From NCBI GenBank assembly GCA_040767965.1, contig JAXGNR010000008.1, forward strand, positions 70,614-134,613: a DNA stretch of 64,000 nt. The letters are read 5' to 3'. The position numbers and the translations under genes are program-made. Below, piece after piece: positions 61,767 through 64,000 of this stretch; the stretch's first letter is position 1, and the number at the start of each line of letters is the position of its first letter. The notes under the pieces are model-generated. The model was not told where the DNA came from. It was given only the letters and a program-made list of their open reading frames with translations, and did no database searches. The stretch is from Atribacterota bacterium (GTDB lineage Bacteria > Atribacterota > Phoenicimicrobiia > Phoenicimicrobiales > Stramentimicrobiaceae).

Positions 61767-63602
61767 ATGGACCAGATTAATAAGAAAAAACTTGAATTTT
61801 TAAACAATCCTTATGTTATTCAAAGAGTGGAAGAAGCAATCATAATATGTCAACCGGAAAAGGTGACCGTAATTACTGATGCCCCTGAAGATATTAGATA
61901 TGTTAAAGAGCTGGCTATAAAAAACAAAGAGGAAAAAGAATTAGAGATAAAAGGACATACAATTCATTTCGACGGTTATTATGACCAGGGGAGAGATAAA
62001 GAGAATACCCGTTACCTCCTATCAGATAAAGTAGATTGGGGTATAGCTATTAATTCTATCGATAAAGATAAAGGCTTAGAAGAAATAAAATCATACTTCA
62101 AAGGAAGTATGAAAGGCAAAGAAATGTTAGTACGCTTTTTTTCTTTAGGCCCGAAGAATTCTTCCTTTTCAATCCCTTCATTACAAATTACTGATTCTGC
62201 TTATGTTGCGCATAGTGAAGACTTGCTTTATAGAAGCAATTATGAGGGGTTTAAGAGCTTAAATGGTTCTAACCGGTTTTTCTTTTTTCTACATTCTGCC
62301 GGAAGATTAAAGGATAATGTTAGTGTTGATATTGATAAAAGAAGAATGTATGTTGATTTGGAAGGAAATAGTGTTTATTCAGTAAATAATCAGTATGCTG
62401 GCAACTCTTTAGGCCTAAAAAAATTGTCTTTCCGTTTAGCAATTCGTAAGGCAAATGAGGAAGGCTGGCTTGCAGAACATATGTTTATCCTGGGAGTTCA
62501 CGGCAAGAAAGAGGAAACCACCTATTTTACCGGTGCTTTTCCCAGTGCCTGTGGTAAGACTAGTACTGCTATGCTGCCTGGCCAAACTATTGTTGGTGAT
62601 GATATAGCTTTTCTTAGAAAGATAAATGGAGAAGTAAGAGCAGTTAATATGGAAAAAGGAATTTTTGGAATTATTAAAGATGTAAATGAGGAAGAAGATC
62701 CGCTTATTTTCGATGCGTTAACATCTCCACGAGAAATAATATTTTCCAATGTGCTTGTAAATAATGGTATTCCCTACTGGCTGGGTATGGGAAGAGATAT
62801 TCCTGATAAAGGAATTAACCATAGCGGACAATGGTATGCTGGTAAAAAAGATGAGCAAGGCAATTTAATTGATCCATCACATAAAAATGCCAGATACACC
62901 ATTCGATTGGATGAATTATCAAATATTGATTCAGAGGCTGAAAATCCACAAGGAGTTCCTATTGATGGATTTTTTTATGGTGGAAGAGATTCGGACACTT
63001 CTATGCCGATAGTGGAATCACTTAATTGGAATCATGGCGTTTTTATAGGTGCTACAATTGAATCAGAAACGACTGCAGCTACATTGGGTAAGCAGGGAGT
63101 AAGAAGACATGATCCAATGGCTAACCAGGATTTTATATCTGTTCCTCTTGCTAATTATATTAAGAATTATCTCTCTTTTAAATACGATCTAATAAGAGTT
63201 CCAAGAATATTTGCTATAAATTATTTTTTAAAGAATACACAAGGAAATTACTTAACTCCAAAAATATATAATTTACTTTGGGTTTTGTGGGCTAATGGAA
63301 GAATTAATAAAGAATATGAGGCTATTATAACCCCAGTAGGATTAATTCCAAAGTACGAGGATTTAAAAACTATTTTTATACAGAAATTAAAAAGGAAATA
63401 TACTAAAGAGAATTATATTGAGCAATTTTCTCTCAGAATAGATAAATATCTGGAAAAGATGAATAGAATGCAAAATATTTTTTCTAATATTACCAATATA
63501 GATAATGAATTTATTAATGAATTAGATAATCAAATTGAAAGGCTGAATAATAAAAAGAGAGAATCTGGTAAAATTATTGTGTCTCCTTTTGAATTATATT
63601 AA
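61767..63602 (+). CDS. pckG: Phosphoenolpyruvate carboxykinase (GTP)
   Basis: QITDSAYV, YAGNSLGLKK, WLAEHM, AFPSACGKT, VGDDIA, H.NARY, YGGR; ATG 61767 preferred over TTG 61734. Confidence 0.92.
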   Translation: MDQINKKKLEFLNNPYVIQRVEEAIIICQPEKVTVITDAPEDIRYVKELAIKNKEEKELEIKGHTIHFDGYYDQGRDKENTRYLLSDKVDWGIAINSIDKDKGLEEIKSYFKGSMKGKEMLVRFFSLGPKNSSFSIPSLQITDSAYVAHSEDLLYRSNYEGFKSLNGSNRFFFFLHSAGRLKDNVSVDIDKRRMYVDLEGNSVYSVNNQYAGNSLGLKKLSFRLAIRKANEEGWLAEHMFILGVHGKKEETTYFTGAFPSACGKTSTAMLPGQTIVGDDIAFLRKINGEVRAVNMEKGIFGIIKDVNEEEDPLIFDALTSPREIIFSNVLVNNGIPYWLGMGRDIPDKGINHSGQWYAGKKDEQGNLIDPSHKNARYTIRLDELSNIDSEAENPQGVPIDGFFYGGRDSDTSMPIVESLNWNHGVFIGATIESETTAATLGKQGVRRHDPMANQDFISVPLANYIKNYLSFKYDLIRVPRIFAINYFLKNTQGNYLTPKIYNLLWVLWANGRINKEYEAIITPVGLIPKYEDLKTIFIQKLKRKYTKENYIEQFSLRIDKYLEKMNRMQNIFSNITNIDNEFINELDNQIERLNNKKRESGKIIVSPFELY

Positions 63603-63679
63603 TTGTCAGAATAAAATCTTAATTGTGGTTTAACCCTTTAAATATCTTTTCTGGAGCTGCTTAAAAATTTCCTGCAAAA

Positions 63680-63711
63680 GTTGTCAAAAGAACCGTCCCT
63701 TTGACAACTTT
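63680..63711 (-). repeat. REP-like palindrome, full inverted copy
   Basis: gttgtcaaaagaaccgtccctttgacaacttt is the exact reverse complement of 61345-61376. Confidence 0.85.
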
Positions 63712-63744
63712 ATAATTATGTTATGTTATTATAAGGAATTATAA

Positions 63745-64000
63745 ATGGACTATCCAGTTTTTCTGGGGATATTACTAATAGCAAGCAGCACGGTAGTTTT
63801 TGTTAGCGGATTGTATGCTACAAATGAGCGGTTGGATACAAAGATTAACAAACAATTAATCTGGATATGTTCTGCTCTTTTAGTGTGGGCATTAGGTCTT
63901 GCAATTACTTTAACTGCGGCCAATGAAGAAATCTGTTTGATCGGTCATGTAATCGCTCCGATTGGATGGGGCCTTATGCCCGGATTACTGCTGCATTTTA
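63745..64000 (+). CDS. Membrane sensor protein N-terminus (HisKA_7TM-like), runs off the window
   Basis: AAGGA RBS; MDYPVFLGILLIASSTVVFVSGLYA...INKQLIWICSALLVWALG... Confidence 0.55.
   Translation, partial: MDYPVFLGILLIASSTVVFVSGLYATNERLDTKINKQLIWICSALLVWALGLAITLTAANEEICLIGHVIAPIGWGLMPGLLLHF

Overview
AT-rich bacterial chromosomal window, probably from an anaerobe. The lipoprotein style resembles Atribacterota/JS1-type genomes, but that is inference only. 1-41 kb is mostly housekeeping and metabolism: TRAP transporter, M20 peptidase, ltaE, fumC, cstA, birA/bioY with a BirA operator, tRNA-Pro(CGG), rarA, ddl, nikR, ychF, a sirtuin, cysK and a complete 9-gene V/A-type ATPase operon. 41-56.5 kb is a gene-sparse accessory region rich in surface lipoproteins. 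It is followed by a decayed IS110, a selenium-associated operon (yedE, tusA/yedF-like, cysteine desulfurase, DUF3343) and a GTP-dependent PEPCK bracketed by inverted REP-like palindromes. RNA elements: three c-di-GMP-I riboswitches (two in tandem) and a tandem glycine riboswitch in front of a clan-CD protease lipoprotein. The most interesting signal is an unannotated 39-codon leader ORF upstream of yedE. It has an in-frame UGA, a SECIS-like hairpin and a competing hairpin, and is a candidate selenocysteine-sensing attenuator. A second probable UGA=Sec readthrough (FmdB-family zinc ribbon) has the same hairpin geometry. All calls come from reading motifs by eye; no searches were run.
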